Source: a virus. From it: 64,000 nt of DNA. The stretch lies in the IMG/VR virus record IMGVR_UViG_3300044797_000394, positions 64,001-128,000 of that record, one strand, 5' to 3'. Each line of letters opens with the position of its first letter. Position 1 is the first letter of the stretch. The position numbers and the translations under genes are program-made. Positions 39,251 to 49,635 of the stretch are shown here, piece after piece. Under the pieces are notes generated by a model. That model did not search any database and was not told the DNA's origin. It worked only from the letters and a program-made list of their open reading frames with translations.

Positions 39251-40108
39251 TTAGATCGTCCCCTCAAAAGTTTCGGATGCCGTTTTCGACAAGACCAGAA
39301 CTTCGTTCACGGGTCCTCGGCCGCTCCCCTTGCTGTTGACCGCTCGACGGGCGAAAATCGTCAAAATGGCGAACTCCTTGTACAAATCTCGGATGACTTC
39401 GGTATCCGAGTTGGACAGCACGACGTGAACGCCTCGGTCTGAGAGCTCCCTGAAGGTGCTGGCGAGCTGCTTCTGATTCTCGATAGTGAACCCGTCCGAG
39501 GTGTACGATGTGAAGTTTGAGGTTGGGTTGAGGGGCACGTACGGAGGATCGAAGTAGACGAGATCTCCGATGCCCGCCCGGTCCAAAATCCTTGTATAGT
39601 CCCCCGAGGTGATTTTGGCCTTTCGTAGAACGCGGGAGCATGCCTCGATGTTGTCCTGATCAAACAAGGTCGGGTTCTCGTGTTTGCCCCACGGGACATT
39701 GAACCCGCCCGACTTGTTTACGCGGTAGAGCCCGTTGAAACCCGTCTTGTTGAGGAAGATGAACCGAGCCGCCCGGTCGAGCGGGAGCATCGTCTTGGGG
39801 TCGTCCTTTCGAACGTCGTAGTAGAAGGTCTTTGGATCCTTCAGGTACATCTCTTTCCACTGGGTGAGCAGGAGGCACAATCGTTCGTGGTCATGTGCGA
39901 CTTGAGTGTACGTGTTGACCAGTTCTTCATTGAGATCGTTCAGGTGTGCCATTACGAACGGGTGTTCTTTGGAGGAAGCCAGAGCGAAGAAGACAGCACC
40001 TCCCCCGAGGAACGGTTCGTAGTAGTTCTCAATGGATTTGGGAAAAACACGGAGCAGCTCGGGCAGGAGCTGTGTCTTCCCACCGACCCACTTGATCAAG
40101 GATTTCAT
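39251..40108 (-). CDS. dam: Dam/D12-class DNA adenine methyltransferase
   Basis: KWVGGK, YYEPFLGGG, FNGLYRVN..G.FNVPWG, YFDPPY, VLSNS. Confidence 0.93.
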   Translation of the reverse strand: MKSLIKWVGGKTQLLPELLRVFPKSIENYYEPFLGGGAVFFALASSKEHPFVMAHLNDLNEELVNTYTQVAHDHERLCLLLTQWKEMYLKDPKTFYYDVRKDDPKTMLPLDRAARFIFLNKTGFNGLYRVNKSGGFNVPWGKHENPTLFDQDNIEACSRVLRKAKITSGDYTRILDRAGIGDLVYFDPPYVPLNPTSNFTSYTSDGFTIENQKQLASTFRELSDRGVHVVLSNSDTEVIRDLYKEFAILTIFARRAVNSKGSGRGPVNEVLVLSKTASETFEGTI

Positions 40109-40815
40109 GACTTTCCCCCTCTCCCTAGATTGGGGAGTTGAGACCAGACGTCTCGTTCTTTCAAGGTCCGGGTGCTCATCCGATGGATCGGACACGGACC
40201 TAGAGCCTTGATCGCCTTGCGGTGCTCGAGTGTGTCGTATCCGACAGATTCCTCAAAACCGTACCCCGGGTACTTTTTGGCCGCGACGTTGATCATCCAT
40301 GTGTCACGGGCGCACTTGGCAAGGACGGCGGCCATGGACACCACGGGGCACACAAGATCGGCTTTCGGGATGCTGACCGCATTCGGAATGTTGAGATTGC
40401 CGTCGACGATAGCTAGAGTGGTGAAAGGCTCCGTTTCGAGATACGTGCTCCGGATGTACTCCACCCCGGACTGAAGAAGTCCCTTACGGACCTTTCCGAG
40501 TCCGTCTCTGTCGATCTCTTCGGAGTCGCCCCAGAAAAGGGCGTACTTGATCCCAATCCCCCGTGAGAGGACCTCGTCGTAGAACGCCCCCGCCAAGGTT
40601 ATTATTTGCCTTCTGGAGAGGTTTTTGGAGTCAGTAAGGCCCGTGGGTGGCGTCCAATCGACGGGCACGCCCACGGCGCCGATTACGACCGGCCCTGCGA
40701 TTGGTCCGTAGCCGACCTCATCCACGCCGATCAGGTAATCCGGGGACCGTTCACGGATGAGCTCTTCGGCTCGAGCCTTATATTCCGCGACCTTCCGTGG
40801 GTCAAGATCCGCCAT
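40105..40815 (-). CDS. rnhB: ribonuclease HII
   Basis: GVDEVGYGPIAGP, DSK, IVDG, KAD, AAVLAK..RD, GY.T..H. Confidence 0.92.
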   Translation of the reverse strand: MADLDPRKVAEYKARAEELIRERSPDYLIGVDEVGYGPIAGPVVIGAVGVPVDWTPPTGLTDSKNLSRRQIITLAGAFYDEVLSRGIGIKYALFWGDSEEIDRDGLGKVRKGLLQSGVEYIRSTYLETEPFTTLAIVDGNLNIPNAVSIPKADLVCPVVSMAAVLAKCARDTWMINVAAKKYPGYGFEESVGYDTLEHRKAIKALGPCPIHRMSTRTLKERDVWSQLPNLGRGGKS

Positions 40816-40840
40816 AGTCCTCTTGTTACACCGCCTCCTC

Positions 40841-41173
40841 GTGGGAGCTTGGGAGAAGAGGCGAGCGGCGCACAAACGCCGGACTGATTTACGGGCGATG
40901 GCGGTAGCCCACCTTGGCGGTCGGTGTAGGATATGTACCTATGATGGGACGCCCGCCGCGTTTGACTTTCACCATGTGAATCCGCTCGAGAAAGACTTCA
41001 CGATTTCGGACCGAATGACTTCCTGGGAACGTATCCGCCCCGAGCTCGAAAAGTGCGTGCTTTTATGCTGCCGCTGCCACCGAGAAGTTCATGAGGGGAT
41101 GCACGGCGGTTTTCTTGTTGACGAGTCCGACGAGCGTGGTTCGGACGACCTACTCCTTGACGAGGCGGTATGA
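40841..41173 (+). CDS. HNH endonuclease-like protein
   Basis: GGRCRIC..AFDFHH...ELEKCVLLCCRCHREVH. Start uncertain. Confidence 0.7.
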   Translation: MGAWEKRRAAHKRRTDLRAMAVAHLGGRCRICTYDGTPAAFDFHHVNPLEKDFTISDRMTSWERIRPELEKCVLLCCRCHREVHEGMHGGFLVDESDERGSDDLLLDEAV

Positions 41174-42438
41174 CGTACAGCTATGATCGCCGAGTGGCGA
41201 AGGACATCACGTTGGACCTCGAGTGGATTGAGAACCTGCGTAAGGACTTTCTCACACTCATGAAGAACATTCCTCGCATCAAAAGCTACAAGGATGCGGA
41301 CAAGGTTCGGGACGGTGTCAAAGCCTTTCGTAAGAACTTCGACCATATCGTTTTCGAGACCTTTCTCAATCACGACTTCAAGTATGATGACAAGGTCTCT
41401 GAATCGGACCGTAAGTGGTACGGTGACAAGCTTCGGAAGACCGGGTGGGATTTTTCAATTGAACTCAATCTCCCTCTTGGGTACCCGGATAGCAAGTACA
41501 ATCCTCAGTCTCAGGAGTCGTTGTTTGCCAGCTTCGAAATGGAGAAGGACAAGTGGGCAGCCAAGGTAAAGGAGAAGGCACGGCTCTTTTGGAAAGAGAT
41601 GAAGGAGTTCGTGGAATACCGAGAACGAGTCACGGGCACCCCTAACTACACGGTGAAAACCCGGGACACTGAGAAAGTCGAGATGGAGGGCTTTCATGTT
41701 TCAGTCGTCGGGTATGAGAATGACGAAGACGGCTTCTTGGAACGTTTCAAGGAAGGACTTAGGGTTTTTCGACGCCGTGCAAAACAGGTATTTCCCTGGC
41801 TTCTACAGCATATGCTGCCCATTCGACTGAATGCATATGTTACCATGGGCGAGGGCGGTAGGTATGAGGGGGATCATATTGAAATCGCTATGGGCGGGTT
41901 CTTTGATCACAAGAATCCAAATATCGTGGCTCACGTTATTGCCCATGAAATGGGGCACCACATCTACAAGGTGTACCTGAGCGAGGCGGACCGCACGTTC
42001 TGGTCAAAAGCAATTAGCGACGATGCCGAACCTCTTGACGTTGACAAGCTTTTGAAGGTCTGGCCAGAAGGCGCTTGGGCTCATGAACTCGTAGAAAAAC
42101 TCGTGGACGTGGACCCACTCTTAGCCCTTCAAGTTGACGTCATAGCTCACGGGCAAGCGCGATCGGGCGGAGTTGAATTCAATACGAGGGAAGACTTCGA
42201 GAAGCTTCTTGCTGATGGGGTCAAGTTCGTTACCGTCAAGCATCCCATCACGGGTTACGGTGGAAAGAACGTTGAAGAATCATTCTGCGAGGTGATGGGT
42301 TTGCTGGTCGGGTACGGTCCAGCTACAGTGCAGCCCATCGTCAAACACTGGCTGAATCTCATCATGCCTGACGTCAAAGTCGCGTCCGATCGTACCGCCA
42401 GGGAAGCCGTTCGGGCCGTTCTCCGCCGCTCGGTGTAA
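41170..42438 (+). CDS. HExxH zincin-like protein
   Basis: IAHEMGHHIY...ITGYGGKNVEESFCE. MTYSYDRRVA start and KVAS near the end. Confidence 0.7.
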   Translation: MTYSYDRRVAKDITLDLEWIENLRKDFLTLMKNIPRIKSYKDADKVRDGVKAFRKNFDHIVFETFLNHDFKYDDKVSESDRKWYGDKLRKTGWDFSIELNLPLGYPDSKYNPQSQESLFASFEMEKDKWAAKVKEKARLFWKEMKEFVEYRERVTGTPNYTVKTRDTEKVEMEGFHVSVVGYENDEDGFLERFKEGLRVFRRRAKQVFPWLLQHMLPIRLNAYVTMGEGGRYEGDHIEIAMGGFFDHKNPNIVAHVIAHEMGHHIYKVYLSEADRTFWSKAISDDAEPLDVDKLLKVWPEGAWAHELVEKLVDVDPLLALQVDVIAHGQARSGGVEFNTREDFEKLLADGVKFVTVKHPITGYGGKNVEESFCEVMGLLVGYGPATVQPIVKHWLNLIMPDVKVASDRTAREAVRAVLRRSV

Positions 42439-42447
42439 CCTTTGGGT

Positions 42448-42810
42448 ATGCCCAGCGAGCCACGTTTCAGGGTACCCGAGGAGCCGAAGATCGTTCTCGA
42501 CGTGACCCCGGCACTGGTGACGGTGAACTTGAGGGTCACCGTCGACCCGACGCCCGAGGACGTCGACAAATTCGGCAAATCCGTGGGGCAGTTTGGCGAG
42601 GTCGAAAAGCTTCGGGAACTTTGCTTTGCGGCTCAGGTTTACGTCAATTCATTGTCCGGATTCGAGAAGATTCACATGAGTTCCGAGTTCGTCGCACCCC
42701 TTCGTTCTGCTCTTGAGACCATCGAAGCTCACATGAAGAAGCTCGTTGACGAGCATATGGACAAGCTGGCGTCTCAGGTTTTTGCCGAGGAGAACGACGA
42801 TGCTGGTTGA
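42448..42810 (+). CDS. hypothetical protein
   Basis: ATG 10 nt after CGGTGTA. Confidence 0.6.
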   Translation: MPSEPRFRVPEEPKIVLDVTPALVTVNLRVTVDPTPEDVDKFGKSVGQFGEVEKLRELCFAAQVYVNSLSGFEKIHMSSEFVAPLRSALETIEAHMKKLVDEHMDKLASQVFAEENDDAG

Positions 42811-43435
42811 GGAGCTTGAAAAGCGGTGGATGACCCTCACAAAGTCTTTGGGGGCGAAGACGCTACCTTCGGAAAAGGCCTTTTTGGAAGAGCTTGTGCC
42901 GTCGTATGACGCGTCGTCACGTATGTACCATTCTCTCTCGCACATCAAAGCGTGTCTCGAGGTTTCGGACAAGCACGTGCCCTCAGAGGTAAAGCCCTGG
43001 GTCGATATGGCAATCTTCTGGCATGACCTCGTCTACGTTCCCGGTCGAACGGACAACGAGGTGAAGAGCGCCCTTGAATTTCAACGTTGGGGTCGGCGAA
43101 TGGACCTCAAAGAGCGGTTTATCGCTGATGTAATGGATATGATCCCGTACACGAGGCATTCCGCGGAGCTTGGGGGAATGCACGAACGATATCTCTTCCT
43201 GGTTGACGTCGATCTTTCGATCTTGGGGGAGAATGAAGCCATTTTTGATGAATATGAAAAGGGAGTTCGATACGAGTATTCGTTCGTCCCAGAGAACGTG
43301 TTCCGAGCAGGTCGTGCCAAGGTACTCATCGACTTTCTGAAGAGGCCCTACATCTACGAGACGGACGTATTTCGGGCAAACTACGAATCGATGGCTCAGG
43401 CGAACATCACTCGATCTCTCAATAAGCTCACTTGA
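42800..43435 (+). CDS. HD-superfamily phosphohydrolase (COG4339-like)
   Basis: YHSLSHI, AIFWHDLVY..GRTDNE, DVDLSILG, VRYEY. Confidence 0.85.
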   Translation: MLVEELEKRWMTLTKSLGAKTLPSEKAFLEELVPSYDASSRMYHSLSHIKACLEVSDKHVPSEVKPWVDMAIFWHDLVYVPGRTDNEVKSALEFQRWGRRMDLKERFIADVMDMIPYTRHSAELGGMHERYLFLVDVDLSILGENEAIFDEYEKGVRYEYSFVPENVFRAGRAKVLIDFLKRPYIYETDVFRANYESMAQANITRSLNKLT

Positions 43436-43685
43436 GTTTTAGGGGCGGCGGACGAGATGAGTAGAGGCTGTCCACCATGATTCGGTAGCGCTGTTCGGAG
43501 CGGTACGACGCTAGATAGACGAGGACGAGGACGGCGAACGAGATGCCTCCCGTCCAGACGAGGTACATCACGATGTCCTCATCCAGGGAACTGCCATCTC
43601 GGAGCTGATATGCACGGTATCCAGCTCCGATGCAAACGGACGTCACGGCAGCGATCAAAAACTTGAGGATCGGTAAAAATCGCAT
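43428..43685 (-). CDS. small membrane protein
   Basis: Two hydrophobic helices. Confidence 0.55.
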   Translation of the reverse strand: MRFLPILKFLIAAVTSVCIGAGYRAYQLRDGSSLDEDIVMYLVWTGGISFAVLVLVYLASYRSEQRYRIMVDSLYSSRPPPLKLK

Positions 43686-43740
43686 GATCTCAAGTAGTGT
43701 TTTCCAATCGGATAAAATTTAATCGGTGTAGGGCGCCGCC

Positions 43741-43968
43741 ATGAGTGCGGAGTCCACACGAGTACGTGAATTAGAACAAGAGCTCATGAGGCGAGAAGAA
43801 GAGCTAGTTCGCGCAAGAAGTTCGTATAGTCAGAGTACGCTCACTTTGCAGGGGCGAGCAAACGATGCTGAGGCTCGAGCTGATGCAGCAGAACGTCGGG
43901 TCCGCGAGTTGGAAGCCGAAGTCAAAGAGCTTAGGTCTGAGATCAAAACACTTAGGAAAGGTGCCTAA
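43741..43968 (+). CDS. coiled-coil protein
   Basis: Heptad-rich. CGGTGTA 10 nt upstream. Confidence 0.6.
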   Translation: MSAESTRVRELEQELMRREEELVRARSSYSQSTLTLQGRANDAEARADAAERRVRELEAEVKELRSEIKTLRKGA

Positions 43969-43979
43969 AGGAGCGTAAC

Positions 43980-44777
43980 ATGCGAGAACTATATGGAATT
44001 TCAGGTAAAAAATACCACGGAAAAGATACTTTCGCTCGATTCGTGCGGGAGGCGAACCCGAACTTTCAGATCGCCCACTTCGCGGGTGCCCTGAAGAAGA
44101 TTGCCGCCGACGTGTTCGGACTCACTCACGACGAGATGTACGATCCCGCCGTCAAGGAAGCCCCCTTCACCGACGGGCGCGTGATCGTTATGGACGACTA
44201 CCTCGACGGAATGCGAGAGGCAACCGGTCTCGACCTCAAGCCCGCGGGAATGATCGCCCACTCTCCCAGAGAGCTCATGCAGTTCATCGGCACCGAGTAC
44301 GTTCGCAAGGCCCAGTCCGACTATTGGGTCCGACGACTCTTCAAAGACACTGCCGATTTCGAACACGTCCTCGTTCCCGATACGCGGTTTCCCAACGAGG
44401 GCGACGCCATTCGAGCGGAGGGCGGTTGGGTCATCAAGACCGTTCGCATCGACATGCCGGAGGCCAAGGACGCTCATCTTTCTGAGACGGAAATCGACAA
44501 GATCGAACCGGACCTCCTCATCGGCACGAGGACGGGAGACCTGTCCCTGCCCAAGAAGGTCGCGGAGCTCATCGCCCAGGGGAACTTCGAGGGTGCCCAG
44601 ATGTTCGACCTTCGCGGCGCTCTGGTGGCCATCGACGAATGCGCCCGAGGAATGCGACCCTGGGATGCGGCCGCAGTCCTACACGGTAAGGGAGACAAGG
44701 TAGCCACCGTGTACACACTTCTCGAATACTACACATCTCCGGCCAAGACCGAGGAGTCCAAGCGTTTCAATCAATGA
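43980..44777 (+). CDS. deoxynucleoside monophosphate kinase (T4 gp1-like)
   Basis: GISGKKYHGKDT, FAGALK, PRELMQFIGTE, DTRFPNE. Confidence 0.88.
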   Translation: MRELYGISGKKYHGKDTFARFVREANPNFQIAHFAGALKKIAADVFGLTHDEMYDPAVKEAPFTDGRVIVMDDYLDGMREATGLDLKPAGMIAHSPRELMQFIGTEYVRKAQSDYWVRRLFKDTADFEHVLVPDTRFPNEGDAIRAEGGWVIKTVRIDMPEAKDAHLSETEIDKIEPDLLIGTRTGDLSLPKKVAELIAQGNFEGAQMFDLRGALVAIDECARGMRPWDAAAVLHGKGDKVATVYTLLEYYTSPAKTEESKRFNQ

Positions 44778-44846
44778 CGCAGAGAGTCACGACAAAGCGT
44801 TGAAGTGTGTCTTGATTGTTTCTAGTTCGTGACGTAGTAAAGGGGC

Positions 44847-45011
44847 ATGGTCATTGATGCCGACGACATTTCTATGGCGATACGCACCAATATCGAGCGC
44901 CTCGCCAAATTCGTTGGCGTGGACTTATCGAAGCCTGCCTACAGGAACAAGGAAACGTTGGCTCGTGCTGTCGCTCGGCGTCTGAACCGGATCAAGTGTC
45001 AGGGAAAATGA
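44847..45011 (+). CDS. small hypothetical protein (54 aa)
   Basis: MVIDADDIS...LARAVARRLNRIKCQGK. Fills an intergenic gap. Confidence 0.4.
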   Translation: MVIDADDISMAIRTNIERLAKFVGVDLSKPAYRNKETLARAVARRLNRIKCQGK

Positions 45012-46788
45012 TCTCGCAGGTGACGAGCATATCGTCACCTTTCGAGGACATGCTCACGGAGGAGCGGAAAGCTTCGTCCCGAACTTCGTGATTAATGCTT
45101 TCCTTCAGGACTCCATCGAGAGACGACTTGAGTTTTCGGAATGCGGTCGTGTCGCCTTCGGCGCCCTTGACCGTGACGTATACGATGGGGCCCTCGCCCG
45201 CCTCTGCGGAGATTTCATAGCCCTCGACTGAGACCTTCGCTTGGAGCTCCTTGGCGAGCTTGCTCATCCATCCGTGCAGCCAGCCTTTTTGATTCGCCAT
45301 AACAACGCGTTCCTTCCATCGGACCACCACGCGGGCGGCCATCATGATGTTGTCTCGAGCACTAGCCTTCTTCGACTTCTTCCACTCCTCATAGTAGCGC
45401 TTCTGGTGCTCCCAGGGAAGGTTCCGAATCTTACGACTGCGGGGATTTGACGGAGATTCTTTGTGGGTGGAATTGAAGTTCGGGTTGGGAACCTCTTTTT
45501 CGCCCATGGAATCGAGGAAGGTGGACTTCGTTTTGCTATCGTTGTCTTTTTCAGACTTATCGTGATCCTTCTTTTCCTCTGGTTTCTTCGAACCACCGCC
45601 GGCTCGAGCCTCGGCGTCCTCGTTCATCGCCTTGACAGCCTCTGCGATGTTCTTTTCGGGCTTCTTGGGGAGCCCCTTGAGGGTACGTCCGTAGCTCGTT
45701 TCCTTCTGGAGCTTGTACTGTGCGGCGCCGTACAGAATCTCGTTGATCTTGGTCTTTGCCTCCCCCTTTTCTTGCTCGCTCATTGTGGAGAGCTTGTTCA
45801 TGAGGTCTCGAGCCTGCTTACGACGGGCTTCGGCTTCCTCGGGAGTGTGCGCGGGGGGGCCCTTGCGGTAATGCAGGAAGTTGTCCGGATCAGCTTCCTG
45901 AATCGACTTCAGAGCCTTTTCGTTCTTCTTGTACCAGTTGTCGATGTCCGATTGATCCACCATTCTCTTGCCCATGACTTTGCCACGGCTGAGGTTGGAT
46001 AGTTCGGTGTCGGCCTTCTCGGGGTGTAGGAAGATGACGCTGACCTGGTACCCCGCCGCCTTGGCGTGTTCGACCTGGCCCTTGAAGTCCATCGTGTCGA
46101 TGTCCTCGCCCGCCGAGTCGACAATCAGCATGTGGGAGGCGTCATCGTGCTCCGCCATACGACGAACCTTATCGTCGAAACGATGTCTGGCCTCATCCTT
46201 GTAGCGCTCCTTAGGTTTGCCAGTTTCCTCGTTTTTCTCGTCGACGTCGTTGTGCCAACCTCGCATAGAGACGTAGAAGTCCGTGTTGTACTTCTTCAGA
46301 AACGCCTTGTGCCCTTCGATTGGGTCGTCGGTTTTGGGGAAATCCTCATATTTGGCGTACTTTGAGAGATCCTGACGTTCCCCGTCCTTCGTCTTGTACC
46401 AGATGTCAGCCAGCGCCTTGTCGAAGGATTCCTTGCCTTCCTTGTGGGCTGTGACGAGGTCCTCATAGTGACCTTTGGACTCTTCGAATTGGATGGCTCG
46501 AAGGTGATTGTCACTCTCATCTTGGTCCGGAATGGCAGGAATGTCCTCATCCGTAAAGAGTCCGGTCGTACTCTTTGGGAGTCGATACCCGAAGGTTGTT
46601 TCTCGCTCCTCGCCTTTTTCGGTTTTGTACTTCTTGGTCTGACCGCCCTTGTCCTTTTCGGGCTCTCCGAGGAAGTAACCTTTTCCAGCGGCGGGCGGAC
46701 CGATCATTACGACCATTTTCTTAGCCCGTTTGGGCTCAGAGTCGGCCAGGACACGTCGTAAGACTCGAAGGGCTATGGGACTCGGCAC
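44992..46788 (-). CDS. RVAAR-type-tag P-loop kinase (zeta/AAA_33-like) multidomain protein
   Basis: SD AAGGAG. SPIALRVLRRV, MIGPPAAGKG, IVDSAG...AAGYQVSVIFL...N..R. Confidence 0.65.
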   Translation of the reverse strand: MPSPIALRVLRRVLADSEPKRAKKMVVMIGPPAAGKGYFLGEPEKDKGGQTKKYKTEKGEERETTFGYRLPKSTTGLFTDEDIPAIPDQDESDNHLRAIQFEESKGHYEDLVTAHKEGKESFDKALADIWYKTKDGERQDLSKYAKYEDFPKTDDPIEGHKAFLKKYNTDFYVSMRGWHNDVDEKNEETGKPKERYKDEARHRFDDKVRRMAEHDDASHMLIVDSAGEDIDTMDFKGQVEHAKAAGYQVSVIFLHPEKADTELSNLSRGKVMGKRMVDQSDIDNWYKKNEKALKSIQEADPDNFLHYRKGPPAHTPEEAEARRKQARDLMNKLSTMSEQEKGEAKTKINEILYGAAQYKLQKETSYGRTLKGLPKKPEKNIAEAVKAMNEDAEARAGGGSKKPEEKKDHDKSEKDNDSKTKSTFLDSMGEKEVPNPNFNSTHKESPSNPRSRKIRNLPWEHQKRYYEEWKKSKKASARDNIMMAARVVVRWKERVVMANQKGWLHGWMSKLAKELQAKVSVEGYEISAEAGEGPIVYVTVKGAEGDTTAFRKLKSSLDGVLKESINHEVRDEAFRSSVSMSSKGDDMLVTCEIIFPDT

Positions 46789-46847
46789 CTTGAAAGACCT
46801 CTCCTTGGGGATTGTAAGCAATAGACTATGGATTGACCCATTTAGGT

Positions 46848-47495
46848 ATGGACCTGCAAGTTGTTGCCGCCCCCTCGGGTGCGAAAGGTGTTGACACCGT
46901 TACGCCGTTCACCGCTGCCATTGCGGCGAAATTCAAGGCCGCAGGGTATGAATTCGTGGTCCGGTATCTAGGAGCCGTTCACCCAGAGGAGCTACAAGCG
47001 ATTCTCGGTGCTGGACTTGCCTTGCTTATGGTGGGTTATTCGAGGCGTCCCGGATGGCAGCCGACCGCCGCTCTTGGAGTCGAGGACGGTGACAATGCGG
47101 TTCTACATGCTCAACAGGCGGGTCTCCCCAAGGGGATGACCCTTTACTGCGATCTCGAAGGTCCTGCCTCCAGCACAACCGCTGCCGACTGCATCGCCTA
47201 CGTCAACGCGTGGGCGGACGCGGTCTCCGCCGCTGGGTACATTGCAGGACTCTACGTTGGGTACGGAGTTCCGCTGACCCCACAGCAGCTCTACCAAGAC
47301 CTGCACGTTACGGCTTACTGGCACAGTTGCTCGAAAGTTCAAAATGTCGCGGTTCGAGGATACCAGATGATCCAGCAAGCCCCGGGTAATCAAATGTGCC
47401 TCGGAGTGCTCGTCGATTTTGACGTCATTCAAACCGACGCGAACGGGGACACGCCTCACTGGCTCGTTTCGTCAGATTCTTCGCTCGTCTCCTGA
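46848..47495 (+). CDS. DUF1906 (GH25-like/Rv2525c-like) putative peptidoglycan hydrolase
   Basis: GVDT...AGYEFVVRYL, G..DG..AV..A...G.P....YCDLE, GY.AGLY. Confidence 0.75.
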   Translation: MDLQVVAAPSGAKGVDTVTPFTAAIAAKFKAAGYEFVVRYLGAVHPEELQAILGAGLALLMVGYSRRPGWQPTAALGVEDGDNAVLHAQQAGLPKGMTLYCDLEGPASSTTAADCIAYVNAWADAVSAAGYIAGLYVGYGVPLTPQQLYQDLHVTAYWHSCSKVQNVAVRGYQMIQQAPGNQMCLGVLVDFDVIQTDANGDTPHWLVSSDSSLVS

Positions 47496-47824
47496 GCGGG
47501 CGTTTCGCTCATCGTGTCGGGCGCGAGAGCATCGTCAACGAGCTTCTCGAGTTCTTCGACGGCGTTCGGCGGTGGAGCAAGAGATTCTTCCTCTTCCTCC
47601 TTGGCTTGCTCTTCCTCTTCGGGAGAGGGGTCGTCGCCCAGGCTTGCCTCGAGCTCCGCAATCATCCCGAGTAGAGCGAGTGCGTTTGGCACGGTGCTCG
47701 AGGGAGCGGTCGCCCCTTCGTTCACGAGTTGCGCTGCGATTTCGTCTGATTTGGCGATGTCATAGCCGAAATGGTAGGCGGCGATGCAGCGCTTCTTCAG
47801 GGCCAGGAGTTCTTGCTCGGTCAT
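47456..47824 (-). CDS. acidic hypothetical protein
   Basis: MTEQELL start, acidic tail. Confidence 0.55.
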   Translation of the reverse strand: MTEQELLALKKRCIAAYHFGYDIAKSDEIAAQLVNEGATAPSSTVPNALALLGMIAELEASLGDDPSPEEEEQAKEEEEESLAPPPNAVEELEKLVDDALAPDTMSETPAQETSEESDETSQ

Positions 47825-47917
47825 ATACTTGCGGACTGATAAGAGAATTCGTTCGTTGGTCCGACGGTAGAGCTTCCAAAACCCCCAATAAGTACAATCC
47901 TCGGTGTAGAGATTTTC

Positions 47918-48382
47918 GTGACCATTCGGAGTCTTTACCTCGCTCATGCGTCCCTCTACGGGGAGCCTCCCCAACCAGTGCACACGCGGTTGTATGACGG
48001 GTTCCCGGTCGTAAAGGGGGTATCCAGTCAGGCTCTTGACCCGGAGGTCTTTGCGGCCACTCTCATTATGGCCATCGTGCAGACGTACCCACGGGGACAG
48101 CAACCTGATCCGTACAAGTGCCTCTTTTTCGTACGTGGACAGGCGCACCATTGGGCGCTCGAGCAATTGGGCCTACTTGCAAAGAAGATGTTTGGCGTCC
48201 AAAAGGAGCGGAAAAGAGCGGATATCGCTAGACATCTTGGGGCGTTTCTCCGCGCGATTTCAATGGGGAGCCGTGTACTCCAGTTCAAAGAGGCTCCCGA
48301 CCGTTGGGTTGCTTTTGGCTTCAATGAATCGGATCAGGTTCCAGCGTGGATGCAATCAGCTCTGATTGAGGGGGAACCGTGA
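47918..48382 (+). CDS. hypothetical protein
   Basis: GTG 9 nt after CGGTGTA. Confidence 0.6.
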   Translation: MTIRSLYLAHASLYGEPPQPVHTRLYDGFPVVKGVSSQALDPEVFAATLIMAIVQTYPRGQQPDPYKCLFFVRGQAHHWALEQLGLLAKKMFGVQKERKRADIARHLGAFLRAISMGSRVLQFKEAPDRWVAFGFNESDQVPAWMQSALIEGEP

Positions 48383-49182
48383 ATTTCTCCGACATGCTCC
48401 AGTGGGTCAAAAACTTCTCGGATCCGAGCCGATCCGCTCTCATCGTAGTTCCCAGGTCGGCGGAAGAGTCAACGTGGCATATGTTCGGACACGGGCATAC
48501 ACTCTCGCACGAGTCCTGGCGACTGAACGGGGTGGTCGACACAGCAACGATGAGGGTTCGTCGAGCCTCCCCGTGGAGCAAGAAGGGGTTGCCCGTTTGG
48601 TTTCCGCCTGAGCCTCGCGAATGGGAGCTTCTGTGGGGGCTGGCCTCTGTTACCGACTTCGTAATTGACGAGCCTCTACGAACCCTTGTAGACCAGGGAT
48701 CGTTTCTTGCTTACGAATTCTACCGATTGATTTGGGAGGCAAGGTTTCTGACGACGGAGAACCTGAACCTACACTCGGCGCAGGACGTGGTCCATTCGGT
48801 CACGGAGTGGCTGTCCGGGTCTGGGCCGACGGGGGACAAGCAGGGCTGGTTTCGGGCGATGGGCCTTCGGGGGACGACACCGTCGATGGCCCAAAGGTGT
48901 GATCTTCTGTGCATGCTTTTGACTTTGGCGGCACAGAATGACCTCATCTCCGACTTCTGCTTTTCGTTCTCAAGCCTAGAAAAGGCCGTCGTTACGGATG
49001 CGACGCTCCTTAAGGACTTAGAGATTCTCATCTCTACCACAGAACGTTGGATCAAAATGGGATCCCCGATCGGTGTAATCCTAGGATTTGATGCAACGGA
49101 CGAGACGTTAGCAGCTCTACAGGAAAAGAATCCGAAGCTTGCGGCTCGTGTGGAAGCTAGTCTGAAGGAAAGACGAAAATGA
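48379..49182 (+). CDS. hypothetical protein
   Basis: GTGA overlap, 267 aa. Confidence 0.6.
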   Translation: MNFSDMLQWVKNFSDPSRSALIVVPRSAEESTWHMFGHGHTLSHESWRLNGVVDTATMRVRRASPWSKKGLPVWFPPEPREWELLWGLASVTDFVIDEPLRTLVDQGSFLAYEFYRLIWEARFLTTENLNLHSAQDVVHSVTEWLSGSGPTGDKQGWFRAMGLRGTTPSMAQRCDLLCMLLTLAAQNDLISDFCFSFSSLEKAVVTDATLLKDLEILISTTERWIKMGSPIGVILGFDATDETLAALQEKNPKLAARVEASLKERRK

Positions 49183-49622
49183 TACACATCGACCTCTCAA
49201 ACGACGCCCCGATGATCGAAACGAACGAAGGCCCACCCGTTTCCACGGAAGCTCTTCTGTGCATTACTACAGTAACCAAGGGCGGTGACGCAGACCGAGT
49301 CCTTTGGACGCCAGTTGGAGAAAGCAAACCCCAGGAGGTAGCCGTTGCCGCCTCGGTTCGGTCCACGAACAAAATGGGCAAGAACGTCATCGAGTACAGC
49401 GTTCGTGAGCGGTTCCTTCCGTCCTACGGAAGTTACGAAATTCAGTGTTGGACTCGACGCGGTCAGGAGCGTAGTTTCCACCTGACCTTTGCACCCATTG
49501 ACGGTGACGATTCCCACTACACGATGACCATCGGCCCGACGAGTACGCCGACGTCTTGGGTCACGGAAGAAGAAGTCTACCCGGTCAAAGGCACCTCGTT
49601 CGATATTACATTGAGCCTGTAG
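49179..49622 (+). CDS. hypothetical protein
   Basis: ATGA overlap. Confidence 0.55.
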   Translation: MIHIDLSNDAPMIETNEGPPVSTEALLCITTVTKGGDADRVLWTPVGESKPQEVAVAASVRSTNKMGKNVIEYSVRERFLPSYGSYEIQCWTRRGQERSFHLTFAPIDGDDSHYTMTIGPTSTPTSWVTEEEVYPVKGTSFDITLSL

Positions 49623-49635
49623 CATTGGATTTCCG

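Noticed and set aside
40922-40928. CGGTGTA copies inside coding regions (also about 9913, 49071, 55266)
   Set aside because: No suitable independent start or gene follows. A few chance 7-mer hits are expected in 64 kb.
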